This document shows positions 51,680 through 64,000 of a stretch of DNA of 64,000 nt, in pieces; within the stretch, counting starts at the first letter, position 1; every line of letters begins with the position of its first letter. The notes below the pieces were generated by a model. That model ran no database searches. It saw only the letters and a program-made list of their open reading frames with translations, and had not been told where the DNA came from. Both the position numbers and the translations under genes were made by a program. Origin of the DNA: Octopus vulgaris (taxonomy: Eukaryota); the NCBI GenBank assembly GCA_951406725.2, contig OX597818.1, forward strand, positions 24,986,001-25,050,000, in the 5' to 3' direction.

Positions 51680-52871
51680 CACGGTCTTGCAGATAAATTG
51701 AGACAATTTTTATGATGCATAAAATTTGGTTATAAATACTAAAATAATGGTAATAGACAAATATAATTTTAATGTAATATTTATTACAACAAATGTTGGT
51801 ATTCCAGAAAATTAATTTTCAATGTTCCAACAGATGAACACCTGCAGGATTAAGTGCACTTATCTACAGTGATGCCAACATTCCTGTTTCTTCACTGTTC
51901 ATTCTATAATCCATTATGAATACTTTGGAATCACTATAAAGTGCGTTACTTTCCGGATTAAAAAGAAGTAGTGTGTGTAAAGTTCCCTATTTTCAAGTGG
52001 CCGTCTCTTCGTTCATCGTGTTTTGTCACTTTTTTGGTTTTAATTTGCATTCCCTTCATATCATTACAGGGGAAACTATAACAACAATACTTGGAAACAT
52101 AGGTAAATCCGGCCGGAGGACGTAATTCTTGTAAAAAGAATTACTGTCTGCACATGAGAATGAAATTTTTTTGCAGCTGCTGCAACCTCTGCTATTTTGA
52201 TTTTGCATGTTACATGCACCATGCAGGTCTTCAAACTGTTGACACTCAAGTGTGGTGAAGCATTGGACCTTACTTGAAGTACAACCCATAAAAAGTAATG
52301 AAGAAGGTTGAGGTCTGGGCTGTTACTGGGCCAGATGTTGACCCACGCAAAAAATAGCACTTTCTCACCAAGAAAGGCCTGTGTTGCTTTTTGACACATG
52401 GCATGGTGCAGAATCCTGGATAAGCACCACATTTTCAAGCCCAAACTTCTGCTCCATCCAAGTAACAGAAAGCTCTTCAGAATGTCCAGATACTTCTTTG
52501 TGCCAATTTTCAAGCCAGACTCAATAAAGTGTAAATCCATGACACTTCCATCACTTGCCACTGCTCCAAATACTATCACAGTGGTAGGATTTTTAGTCTC
52601 AAACACAGGAGGGATGTCAGAAGGGTTGTATACAATCACTTTAGAATTTCTGCAATTCACCTCAGCATCCACAAACACGAGAATTTTTCCTGCACCTCGA
52701 TGTTTGATGAATAACAGAAGCTTTGGGCATCTCTTGGCTCTGATTGTTTTGGCCTTGGCTGTTAGGAAGTGATGACATCCTCAACATAGCTAGTCATGCC
52801 ATGGTTCCTGTTCACAGCTCTGGACATTGTGAAAAGGAACAAATATATTTCAATTTATCTGCAAGACCCTG
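51680..52871 (-). mobile_element. Tc1/mariner superfamily element (maT/DD37D-like), internally rearranged and inactive
   Basis: 22 bp TIRs CA(C/G)GGTCTTGCAGATAAATTGA; transposase relic TKNPTTVIVFGAVASDG..YLDIL..WPSNSPDLNLLHYFLW. Confidence 0.85.
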
Positions 52872-54090
52872 CATGTCTTACTTGACATGAATACACTATT
52901 GAAAGCTGCAAGACTTCGGTATTCATCTTGAGAAAGCTTCTTAAAGCACTATATGTCTAAATGAAAAGCTTTCTCAAGATAAATATTGTAGTGCTGTGGC
53001 TTTCAATAGTATACCCACATTAAGTAAGTTAGACAAAATGTTTTTTTAAATAGTAACTTAGCCTAAATGGTTTTCTCTATGAGGATGATAGAATTCTGTA
53101 CAATGTATTTGATATGCTCAGTTGTACAGACATTCAACCTCTTACCAAGGTTATTATTGTTTCATATCTTTTCTATTATCATCAAGCAAGACAGAAAATG
53201 TGATGCTTGATGTTTCATTGCTCTATTAATGCAGACATCTAATATAATGGCAGAAATTTTTATTCATAATTATATATTTAAAGTTTCTTAAAAAACTACT
53301 CAAAGAACCAAAAGTGTCTCTCTACTGCAATTCTTTTTTTTTTTTTTTTTTTTTGTTTGTAACTCAAATACTAAACATTGTAGAAAAGTTTTAAATTTTT
53401 TCATCATAATTCAAAGAATCCATAAGCAACAAGATAAAAATAGTAACTTGTAGTTTGGTCTGGGAACTATGAAATTATTGTTTTAAGAGATTTCCGAGTA
53501 GTAGTGAACATCAGTGATAAAAGGGTAGATAAGCCTACGCTGTTGAAAAATCTCTGATACAAAAGGAATATAGCAGCAAATTCATTGCACAACAGTTATA
53601 GATGAGACCTGAAATAGGGTGAAACTTTCTCACAAAACCAGTTGCAGCTTATATTCATAATTTTACTTGTTTGTCTTCACTAGAAGGGTTTATAACTTCA
53701 TCTGTAATGATACTTTTTTTGTTATGAGATACTCAAATCATAATTTGAACTTGTGTACTAAAATGTTATGTGATCAAACTACAATGTTTCACAGCCTTCT
53801 ATGCATGATGGGAAAATCATGGAATTCTACAACAGTATATATAGCTCTACAATATACTGAAAAATTCAGAACTGTGAAACACATTTTTACTTTTTTATTT
53901 ATTCAGGAAATGGTTTACTAAACAAGATTTCCATAACATAATTTTTACGGGCTTTTCCATTTCAGTCTCTTATATACAGATAAATGATTACTTGCTGTAA
54001 ATGCTTCCCACAAATTTCACTGTAGCATCTATTTCTAAATACTTTGGAATATAGTGAGATGCTATTAGTTGGCAATATTTTACCACACAT

Positions 54091-54306
54091 ATAAGGTGGC
54101 GAGCTGGCAGAATCATCAGCACACCAGGCAAAATGCTTAGTGGTATTTTTGTCTGTCTTTACATTCTGAGTTCAAATTTTGCTGAGGTCAGCTTTGCCTT
54201 TCATACTTTTGAGGTTGATAAAATAAGTACCAGCTGAGCACCGGAGTTGATGTAATCAACTCTTCCCTACTCCAAAGCTACTGGCCTTATGCCAAAATTT
54301 GAAACT
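54091..54306 (+). mobile_element. SINE family B with 17 bp TSD
   Basis: AATATTTTA(C/T)CACACAT at 54074-54090 and 54307-54323; the site is empty in copy B (59518-59534). Confidence 0.92.
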
Positions 54307-56630
54307 AATATTTTATCACACATTTCACAGTGGTATGTTTTCTTTTCTATATGAACATTTTCTATAGAATATTTCAATGAACAATATGATTATTTTCAGT
54401 GGCCTTTCTGCCACTGTAATTATTGTTGAATTACTTGTAGCAATGGCTATAAACTAAAAATCACAGAGATTCCAATATGTTTGTCTTTGCTTGGTAGATT
54501 TGAATGATTACTAAAATTTCCTCCAAGCTGTCTTGTAATATTTGTATTTATAATATTATGATTGACTAAATTATTGTAAAGAAAATTCAGGGAACTTGCA
54601 TACAGCAGTGACTGTAAACAGTAATGCCAGCTACTATGTTTTCTGTGGTAATTCCATAAGATGAGTTGTGCTGTCTTATTTTTCAAATGATTCTAGTAAG
54701 GTGTGCTAAGTACTATTTTCTACTCTACTGAGGCTAATTTTTGATCTTAACCAAATAATAAAATTTGGCACTTCTCTCACATTGGTGTGCATGCATTTTT
54801 GGTTATTTGTATAATTCACATCTTATACTGGAATTTTTTTAAGATTTCAACTAAAAAAGAAATAATAGAATTATAAAATGATTATTTTTATTGGATGTGA
54901 GAAAAAAATCAAAATATTTATTTGTTTTTGTTTATAATTGAATTGATCATAGTGGGTCATAAACGTACTAGACTTATTGAAATTAACAAAATATACAAAT
55001 GGCATCTATATTACAAAACAATCTGTTTTGCTTATTAATTTGCTGAACAAAATGCTTTGACTTACATATAATTGTATGGTAATTATTCATTGTCATCAAT
55101 TAATTTAGAAGGAGAAAATTATGCAAATATTATGAAAGGTACTCATGCTAATGTGAGATGGGTGTTATGGTTTTTTTTATATGATACCACCAACACCGAA
55201 GATAACCTAACCAAGTATCCAACATTTTCAAACTGAAATGGATAATGAATGAAAAAAAGCATGCTGTTAACAATAAAGAAGCTACTACCAATTTTGTGGT
55301 ATTTTTATGTCAATACATTAGATGTTAGACAAAGTGTTAATGTTACTGCTTGTTTTAACTAAAATGATGGCTCTCTGATCTAGATATTATATAACAATTC
55401 TGTCTTCATTACATCAGTGTTTAACTCCTTGAACTCTGACACCTTTTCACATGTTTTGCTACTCTATATGACACCTATATTATCCCTTTGTATCTCAGTA
55501 CTCTTGCATATTCCGGAACTTACTTTGGTAATCATGTACTTGAGAATACATATTATAGAAATACTAATATGCAGATTTAGTTTGAGTCTCCGTGTCAGCA
55601 TTGTAGGCAAGTTTTAATTTGAGTGAGTCTTTATTCTGTGCTGTTGAATTGGGTTTTTTTTGCCCCAATTATTTTAGCCTACACCAACAGATATGATAAG
55701 CATCTTATTGCCGTTGTCTGCCTTCAAGAACCTCTTCAGAATGGTGCTTTAGAAATGGATTCTTGCCATGTATATGCCCCCAACTAATTTATTAAATTCT
55801 CCAAAGTACCATGAAGTGTAATAGTTTTTCTTTAGTGATTGGCAATCTTTATTGACTTCATTAACAAGAATCCAGTCCACATAAAGCACTTCATCATCAT
55901 TCCTAGCTTTACCAACACCTACATCTTTTTAACATTGTATTATCTACTCAATTTTTGTTGGTGCTACACTACAAGTAGGTGTTATTATTTATTGGTTTTG
56001 AATACCACATAGGAATTCTTCTATTTCAGAACCCATCAGCTAGCAAAAAGATGTGAAATGAAGCCACAAAATAGATTTCTTGTTGTTCTGATTAACATTT
56101 CTGTTAAATGACTTCTATTGATCTTTGCTTTTGTCATGGGGCTGCTTGTGCCAAGATGGTCTATGATGATGCATTGTGAACATCTGGATCACTATGTCAC
56201 AATGGATGACTTTCTCACTACTGTTGTAGTGTACTTGTTGGTGTTGTATTGTAGTGATGTGGGGTGTGCTGGCTGCATAAATAATAACTGAAGCAAACTC
56301 ACGAGCCTTTAACTTTAATATTTATTGCGAGGCATATTTTGTGTTGGCTGTTTACAATGAAAGATGCTAATAGTAGAATTGTCAATTGGGAGAAAAAAAC
56401 CACACTGTGCTTGTAGGAAACTACTTATGGGACATTATATGTATGTTCAGAATCAGCTTGTGTAAAGGTCCAAAGCTGTCTGCTCAAATGCCTGAAGTCT
56501 TCTGCCTGCGGGGTTAGGCACCAAACAGTTTTATGGAGTGAAAAGAAGGTAAATTCAAGAACATCCAAAAAGCCATATCATGTCACAGCTTCAGGCTGGT
56601 TGGTTGTTTTATAGATGGATCACATGAAAC

Positions 56631-57660
56631 TGTGGTGGCTCACTCATGATGCCTGATTGAATATCTTGAGGTTAGGGTTCAAACCACGACAGTAGTCTTC
56701 TAGTTCTTTACTGTAAAAGCGAAAAGAATGAAATAATAAAACAACGAACTTACATAGAAATACAATATGCCAACACAAATGCAAAAAATAAGAAAAACAA
56801 TGTATTGGAAGCAGAGTAAATGCTGAGATAAAGTTCATAAAACAATGATAAATTTGTTAGATATGCAGACAGTTCTGCTGTTCTTTTTTCTGTTTTTCTT
56901 TTCCTGGGGTGGGGGTAAAAAAGTAAGTTCAAGTGTAATTAGCTGGCCAATAGACTTTTCTGCTATTTTTGGTTATCCTGTCTGTGTGAAGTGCAATGTT
57001 GGATAATGTGTTATTTTCTTGTTTGAATTGTTTGGGTGTGGTAGATGAGAAAGACAATTGTTTTGATAGAGGTATTGACTTGACAAAAGCCTACTTAAGT
57101 CTGTCAACACTGACAGTCTCCTGCCATCCCTGTATGTCGAAGGTCATATATTTCAGTTTATTTTTTAGTACATAGTATAGACCAGGATAAACAGCGTGCA
57201 AAGGATGCTTAACTGCACATGAAGACACGAGTTCAGGTATTTATGCTGAATGGGATGAAAGTTTTAATTGACTGCAGCCATGTAACTTTGCAGTTGATGA
57301 ATATAGCCAGTAGGATCATGCTGTTGATTACTGTTTGACTAGGTATCTTAAGTGCTGAACTGTACAGTGATTCTCCTGGGAAGTAACTTCCTTAATAGCA
57401 GTACATAAACCTAGTAATGCAATCAGCAGGGCTTCTAACCGTCTCTTCGAATCAATATATTCTCATAAAGCTGCTTTAAGTTGGTGATGAAAATGTTTGA
57501 TCATTCTGTTAGACATGGAGTGATAAGCTGTAGTATGAATTCTTTCTGCACCTAACAGATTAAATAAGTGGTGGCTCACTTCTATCTTGCAGTTAGGGTT
57601 TGAATCACTACACTATTCTATCTTTATTCTGATGAACTTGTAAGACAACAGTGTAATATA
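56631..57660 (-). mobile_element. Internally deleted Ty3/Gypsy LTR element: integrase C-terminal relic between two diverged LTR ends
   Basis: 57080-57565 reads LLGAERIHTTAYHSMSNRMIKHFHHQLKAAL..EALLIALLGLCTAIKE..VKHPLHAVYPGLYYVL..QETVSVDRLK (integrase core end plus GPY/F). Direct repeats 'aaccctaac..caagata..agtgagccaccac' at ~56632-56710 and ~57568-57627. Confidence 0.8.
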
Positions 57661-60600
57661 CTTTAGTCACCACGAAATCATTTGGTTTCCTGCCATTTAT
57701 CATTAAGTCAATTTTTTAAATATATATACATACTTTGTATTGCAGTTCCAATATTCTTTGTTTACAGTATCTCAAACAAATATTTGCAGTTAATAGTAAT
57801 GAATGCTTATTTTTAAGCCAATAGTCATGATGATAATGGGTCTGCTTCATTCTACGCTCTTTCTCAAAGATTCAATTATAACACATATTCTTTCTTTGAA
57901 AGCTTTGGAATGGTTTGAACTTCTGAATTATGAACAAAGAGCAGCCAATCCTGGTTATTACTTAAATAAATGTGCTTTAACACTTTTGCCTTATAATTCA
58001 CAATTGAAACTTCTCAGTAGTTGCTTAAGTTTTATGGTTCTCTTACTTTTTTTGGTGATGAGATGTTAAAGCCTGATACCACTTTCAGCTACTTGATTAC
58101 ATGGTTTCTTTACAAGATGTTTCCTTTATACTTGTTGCTTCATTAACTATTCTTATATTCAGATGACAGCGCTTTTTGTTAATAGGAAAAGCATATTAGC
58201 TCAAGTGAAGTTTAATCAATCAGGAACTGGAGTTCCACAGATCTGAACCATCTATGTGAGTTTTTAGAAATTGTTGATACTTTTTTTCCTACTCTTTAAT
58301 TCTTGTATCACCTGTACTTGAGCGTGAAAGTCAGTTGTAATTCATTCAGAAATTTGAATAGTTCACTCCCATATTTGCATACCTTTACATTTCTAAATGC
58401 ACTCTATTTAATTAATCTTCATTGTTTCTAGCAGAGTTTATTGAAACTTTTGGAGAACTAAGTTTATATATACTTTCGGTGATACTTTCTAGTATCAACA
58501 ATTTCCAAAGACCCTCATTGATGGCTCAGATGTATGTTATTCTAGTTCCTAATTCAATAAACTTTACTTTATTTAACAAATATACTGTTCCTATCAAAAT
58601 CTGTCTTCAAAAATATAACACTAAGAGAAACATTTTTTATCCTAATTCCTGTTTTTTTTTTATTTCTATGTGTTTATTGTTTTTGTTTTTTCTGTTGTTT
58701 GCAACCATCATCATTCTCATAATGATTTTAACAAATCAAGTTTATGGGGCAGAAGTATTTTTACTCAGGTGTGAATCCGTTTGTGTTTAGATAAATGACC
58801 TCTTTTTAAATAAGTTGTCTGAAGTTCAATTATTTTGGAGAAATACTTCACAAATTTGCTATTGATATAGTTTCATTCTTTTGATGGCAAAAGAACACCT
58901 TTTAGTGGATGTTGGTTATGTGCATTCCTTCTCAATAACTGTTTTGCATTATGCTTTTTTTTTCCTATATAAATCCAGTTTTGTTTAATTTTCAAATGAT
59001 AATCAAGGATATTGGATACTGTTTACAGAGTATAATGTCAAAGTAGTGTTTGGCAAAAATTGTTGATGTGAATTAAATATATTTTACTTCCATTTATCTC
59101 TTCACTGGAGAAGTTCATCACTGATGAAGAATTCTTGTTCTTAAATACTCAGATTGTTATAATTTGAGTTGGTGTACTAAAATGTTACGCCATATTGTTT
59201 TAGAGCCTTGTTGTAAAGTAACACACCTTGCTACTATATTCATTTTCCTTTCTGTGAAACAAGGCAGTTGTGGAATTCTGCAACAGTTTAGCTCAAACAG
59301 ATACTGAAAAATTCAGAGCTTTGAAACAGATTTTATTTTCACATATAGATATATGTGTTTACATTCAGAAAAAAATTTCTTTAACATAATTTTTATGGAC
59401 TCTTCCATTTCAATCTGTTATATACAGATAAATGATTGGTGTAAATGCTTCCCACAAATTTCACAGTAGCATCTAAATATATATACGTTAGAATATAGTG
59501 CGATGCTATTAGTTGATAATATTTTATCACACATTTCACAGTGGTATGTTTTCTTTTCTATATGAACATTTTCTATAGAACACTTCAAGGAATGACATGA
59601 TTAGTTCCAGTGGCTTTTTTTTTTTTTTGCCATTTTTTTTTTTTGCCATTGTTGAATTACTAATAGTAATAGTACTAATAGTAATAGTAATGACTACAAA
59701 GTAACTACAGTGTCTTAAAAAATCACACAGATTCCAATATGTTTTTCTTTGGCAGATTTGAATAGACACGAAAAGTTCAACTAAGCTGGTCATTCTTTCC
59801 CATTTCTTTTAATATTTATGGTTGCAATGTTAATACCATTTACTAAATCATTATAAAGAGAAGTCAAAGAGATTGCATACAGCAATGACTGTAGATAATA
59901 AAACCAGTTAGTATGCTTTGCATGATAACCAACAAATGTAATGATGGGTCTATATCATAATATTCTGTTTCTCAGATATTTTTTTTAACACAAATATTTG
60001 CTTTGGGACCATTGAGATGGTTTAAACTTCTGACCTATAAACAAAGAGTTGTCAATATAGTTTAACAATTTTGTACCATGATTCGCAATTGAAACATCTC
60101 AATAGTTGCTCATATTCTGAGGTTCTCTTTCCTTAGGTAATGAGATGATAAAGACCAATTTCCATTCTTCTGTTATGATAACACTTTCAAATACTTGGTT
60201 ACATGGTTTCTTTGATCCATTAACTATTGTTATATTTAGATAACAGCCCTTTCATTGGGGAAATAATCTTATGCATTTTATGAGCCATGAAGAGTATAGT
60301 CATATCTTCCATATAGCAGCCAGTATTGGCTGAAATTCAAAGTGCTAAATAAGATAAGCATTAAAATGCTTTTCATTCTTTTTATTTTACACTTTGACCT
60401 AATGTTTGAGTGTGGAAGCCATTTAGGAATCTTTCAAAATATCATTGAATGGTTCTTGCCCAAGAAATTTTGTATTTCTAAATACACTCCATTTATTTAG
60501 TTCCTATTTTTAAGTGCTGTATTTGTTGCAAATTTATAGATCTTCTACTATATTATAGCTAGTATCAACAATTTCCGAAAAATCCACATTGATGTTCAAA

Positions 60601-61294
60601 TATGTATTATTTCACTTCCTGACTTAGTAAACTTATAGTTATTCAGTAAATTATATTCTCATAATGAAAATGTTGACTGAGGATTTTATGGGAATATGTC
60701 TATTATAATGTAAGGCTAAGAGTAATTTTCCTTTTAATTTTTTTTCTTTTCTTGCTTTTTTTTTCTACTTGCTGTTTTTTCCTGTCTCTCATATTGGCTG
60801 CCATAATCACTGTGATAATGATTTTGACAGTTCAATTATGCGATAAAATATTTACTCTTGTGTAAATTTATCTGTGTTTAGAAAAATTACCCTTCTTAAT
60901 TCTGAAGTCCAATTATTTGGGTGAAATACTTCACAAATTTGCTATTAACAGTTTCATTCCTTTGATGGTAAAAAATACTATTTGGGGTATCTAATTTTAA
61001 AATTATGTGTATTCTTTCCCAATAATTATTTATGCTTTTTTTCTGTTACATTTTTTTTTCAAATAAAGTGTTGTTTTAAATTATATTTTTCTTGATACTT
61101 ACAAGCCAAATCTCATTGGTAGCTATCTTTTCATCAACCTAATGCCCTTTGTCTTCACTGATAGTGAAGGATATTGGATACTATTTGCAAAATAAAAATT
61201 GAAAGTAGTGTTTGTTGAAAAAGATTAATGATAGTTGGAAAAAAATTATGGTTGATTTCAACTGGATCAGAATCATGTTGGAGAAAAAGTAATG

Positions 61295-61560
61295 CAAGGC
61301 ATGATCTTCAAACGTTGGGCCTCATGGAGGCAATGACAAGTAACTGAGACCTTTAGTGATATATCATGCTTGAGAAGACTTGTCACACCAAGTTAAATTG
61401 CAGTGGCCAATGCCAGTGTGACTTAACTGGTACCCATGCTAGCGGCATGTAAAAAGCGCCCATTATGCTCTTGGAGTGGTTGGTGATAGAAACTATGCCA
61501 AATCAGATTGAAACTTGGTGCAGTCCTCCAACTTACCAGTTTCAGTCAAACTGTCTAATT
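61295..61560 (+). mobile_element. Degraded SINE or RTE derivative
   Basis: Similar to 36910-37240. Confidence 0.65.
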
Positions 61561-62790
61561 TACACAAAATGTGAAATGTTGTAGTGTCAGGAACTCTACA
61601 TAATTCATACTAAAGAAGAAAAATTTATGTATCACTGTTATTAAGATGCATTAACATGTGAAGATATTTGGGGATATGAAATTTTTTTTGATTATCTATG
61701 GTATGAACTAAAAGCTAATTTAACTTTTCCATCTACCCCACTCTCATTTATTAAATACTTTTACACCAAACTTAGAGTTAAGTGCACAGACTTGTGTCTA
61801 TGTATATTCATGCTTACCTGCTAGTTCTACATCAAGGATCCCAATCCTTGATATAGAACTATGGATTCAGAGAGGATGTTTGGTTAATGGGGCCAGATGT
61901 GATCTTTTATAAATGCTACTATTCTCACTGTTACTGGTAGTGTTGTGTTTTTCCTCCATAATTCAATAGTTCCTCTAACAGTGAGATTATCAAAGTGAGC
62001 AACATATTTTCTACTTTTGAAGGGTTGAATAGTGTTCCTCTTTAAAGTGGACTTGAATGTAACTCAATAAGAATTATGGAAGAAACTTCAGCTTCATATA
62101 ACGTACACACACACATTCACACAGCTGTTGGAATTATCTGATATAGTCAACAGTAATTTCTCTATAGTCAAATACAGTCAATTCTCTGTGGCCATCAAGG
62201 TCTTTCACAAGACATATACATTTCAAATAGGAACCAAAGGAAAATAAAGAGACCTGTATATTGAATTTGGATAATAAAGTGGATAGGGTAGGGCATACTG
62301 ACTATTGAACACTATAAATTCTTTATATAATTGAATTTTCCCTCATGGATAGAAGAGAAAAAGGAAAACCTAATTGAAATTGTTGTCAAATCTGAGGAGG
62401 GGAGATAATTTCAAGAATTTTAGAAAAGTTTGAATTAAAATGCTTTAGAAAATAGAAGAATCTGATCTTTGTTTAAAAGATAAGGGACAATTATGGATGC
62501 ATTTCGACAACAGTTCAGTTTCATCAGCATATAATCCTTGCTTCCAAGCAGATATGGACAATTTAACATAAAAGAATAAATAATATTCTTTGCCAAGAGT
62601 AATTTGCATGTGCTAAGTGAAAATAAATCAAAGTAGCCAGTGGTATAAATTTAGATAACAAGGTGGATTTAATAGCACTCATGATAAATACTTAATTTAA
62701 CCATTTTGATATCAACCCATCCAAGACCTCCCTTAGTTCCATGATACAAAATCTACATGAAAACTTTCCATAAAAATTTCCAAACACCGG

Positions 62791-63360
62791 TCTGGAACCC
62801 CTATCTTGCCCAAGATATTAATCGTCAGGAAGCCGTTCAGTGACGTGCAACCAAGAGAATACCCTCAATCAGGCATTTGCCATATTCTGAACGCCTTACT
62901 TCTCTGGGCATGGATACATAGAAAAACCAACGTCTGGCAGCTGACTTGGCAGACACCCATAAAATTATTAACCATCTTACAAACAATAACTCTGAGCACC
63001 TTTTCAAATTCCACCTGTCTAACACCCATGGACATGTTTACAAAGTCAGAAAACAGCTCAGCTCCCATGACTTTCGGAAACATTTTTTCACGCTAAGAGT
63101 TGCTGAAGTATGGAACAAACTGCCGGCATCAGTTGTTAGTTGTTGGAGCACTGCATCCTTCAAAACTTCCATGCTTCCTGAGATTCGACAACACTACACC
63201 TGATTTTCGCCCCTCCATACACATGCAAGCATGTATCTGATTCATACACTGTTCACTTTCCAGACATTTGTACATGACAGCACATGCTTTATACTTACTT
63301 TTGACAAGTTGTGGTGCACCTGAGCACTGTATACAATAATTTCATTATTATATTATTATT
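62791..63360 (+). mobile_element. CR1-clade LINE 3' fragment, copy 1 (stop and frameshift)
   Basis: WNPYLAQDINRQEAVQ*RATKRI..HDFRKHFFTLRVAEVWNKLP, then 3' UTR and (ATT)n tail. Confidence 0.92.
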
Positions 63361-63370
63361 ATGACTAAAT

Positions 63371-63935
63371 TCTGGAACCCCTATCTTGCCCAGGACATCA
63401 ATCGTCTGGAAGCTGTTCAGCGACGTGCAACCAAAAGAATAACCTCCATCAGGCATTTGCCATATCCTGAACGCCTTACTTCCCTGGGCATGGACACATT
63501 GAAACTCCGACGTCTGGCAGCTGACTTGGCAGACACCCATAAAATTATCAACCATCGCACAAACAATAACTCTGAGCACCTCTTCAAACTCCACCCATCT
63601 AACACCCGTGGACATATTTACAAAGTAAGAAAACAGCACAGCTCCCATGACTTCAGGAAACATTTTTTCACGCTGAGAGTTGCTGAAGCATGGAACAAAC
63701 TGCCGGCATCGGTTGTTAGTTGTCGGAGCACTGCATCCTTCAAAACTTCCATGCTTCCTGAGATTCGCCAACACTACACTTGATTTTCTCCCCTCCATAC
63801 ACACACAAGCATGTGTCTGACTCATACACTGTTCACTTTCCAAACATTTCTACATTACTGCATGTACTTTATATGCACTTTCTGACAAGTTGTGGTGCAC
63901 CTGAGCACTGTATACAATAATTTCATTATTATTAT
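63371..63935 (+). mobile_element. CR1-clade LINE 3' fragment, copy 2 (open frame)
   Basis: WNPYLAQDINRLEAVQRRATKRI..Y.ERL..LRRLAADL..HKI..TRGH..RKHFFTLRVAEAWNKLP is the CR1 ORF2 C-terminus; (ATT)n tail. Confidence 0.93.
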
Positions 63936-64000
63936 TTATTATAAATAAATTCAGTACAATCTCATAAGTGAGCTGCATACATGATGGGGAAAAATGAAGC

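Larger units (their letters stand above)
53665..61235 (+). repeat. Diverged head-to-tail duplication of a ~2.1 kb unit (copy A 53665-59085 with extra sequence; copy B 59090-61235)
   Basis: Collinear blocks, e.g. 53933/59382, 54324/59535, 57880/59988, 58790/60878 and 59005/61167. Confidence 0.85.

Noticed and set aside
55700-55990. Possible pogo-like HTH relic on the minus strand (LYVDWILVNEVNKRLPITKEKLL)
   Set aside because: Too short and degraded, with no TIRs or catalytic motifs visible.
56644-56711. Apparent minus-strand exon KELEDYCRGLNPNLKIFNQAS* with a good acceptor
   Set aside because: It lies in the LTR-like repeat whose diverged second copy (57568-57627) does not keep the frame.
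58054-58080. GTGATGA..CTGA box C/D-like pair
   Set aside because: Only 11 nt between the boxes and not conserved in duplicate copy B.

Overview
AT-rich eukaryotic (animal) genomic DNA. The SINE, LINE and microsatellite repertoire points to a coleoid cephalopod, probably Octopus (inference). Most ORFs in the supplied track are microsatellite or repeat artefacts. The one recognisable host coding segment is an exon of a KCTD-family BTB/POZ gene (21772-~22024, +), followed by a TE-poor, probable long 3' UTR. A CpG-retaining, motif-rich promoter-like region lies at ~41.6-42.1 kb, with two candidate downstream exons (48904-49032 and 50849 onward). The rest is decayed mobile DNA: two mariner elements and one maT/Tc1-like element with TIRs, Gypsy gag and integrase/LTR relics, RTE, R4/Dong and CR1 LINE fragments, a Penelope-like GIY-YIG element, non-autonomous Helitrons, MITEs and many tRNA-derived SINEs. 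There is also a diverged ~2.1 kb tandem duplication (53.7-61.2 kb). The most notable unannotated signal is a set of Penelope-type minimal hammerhead ribozyme motifs: one apparently intact (43131-43225) and one attached to a tRNA-like Pol III head (7305-7570). All alignments, translations and foldings were done by eye; no database searches were run.
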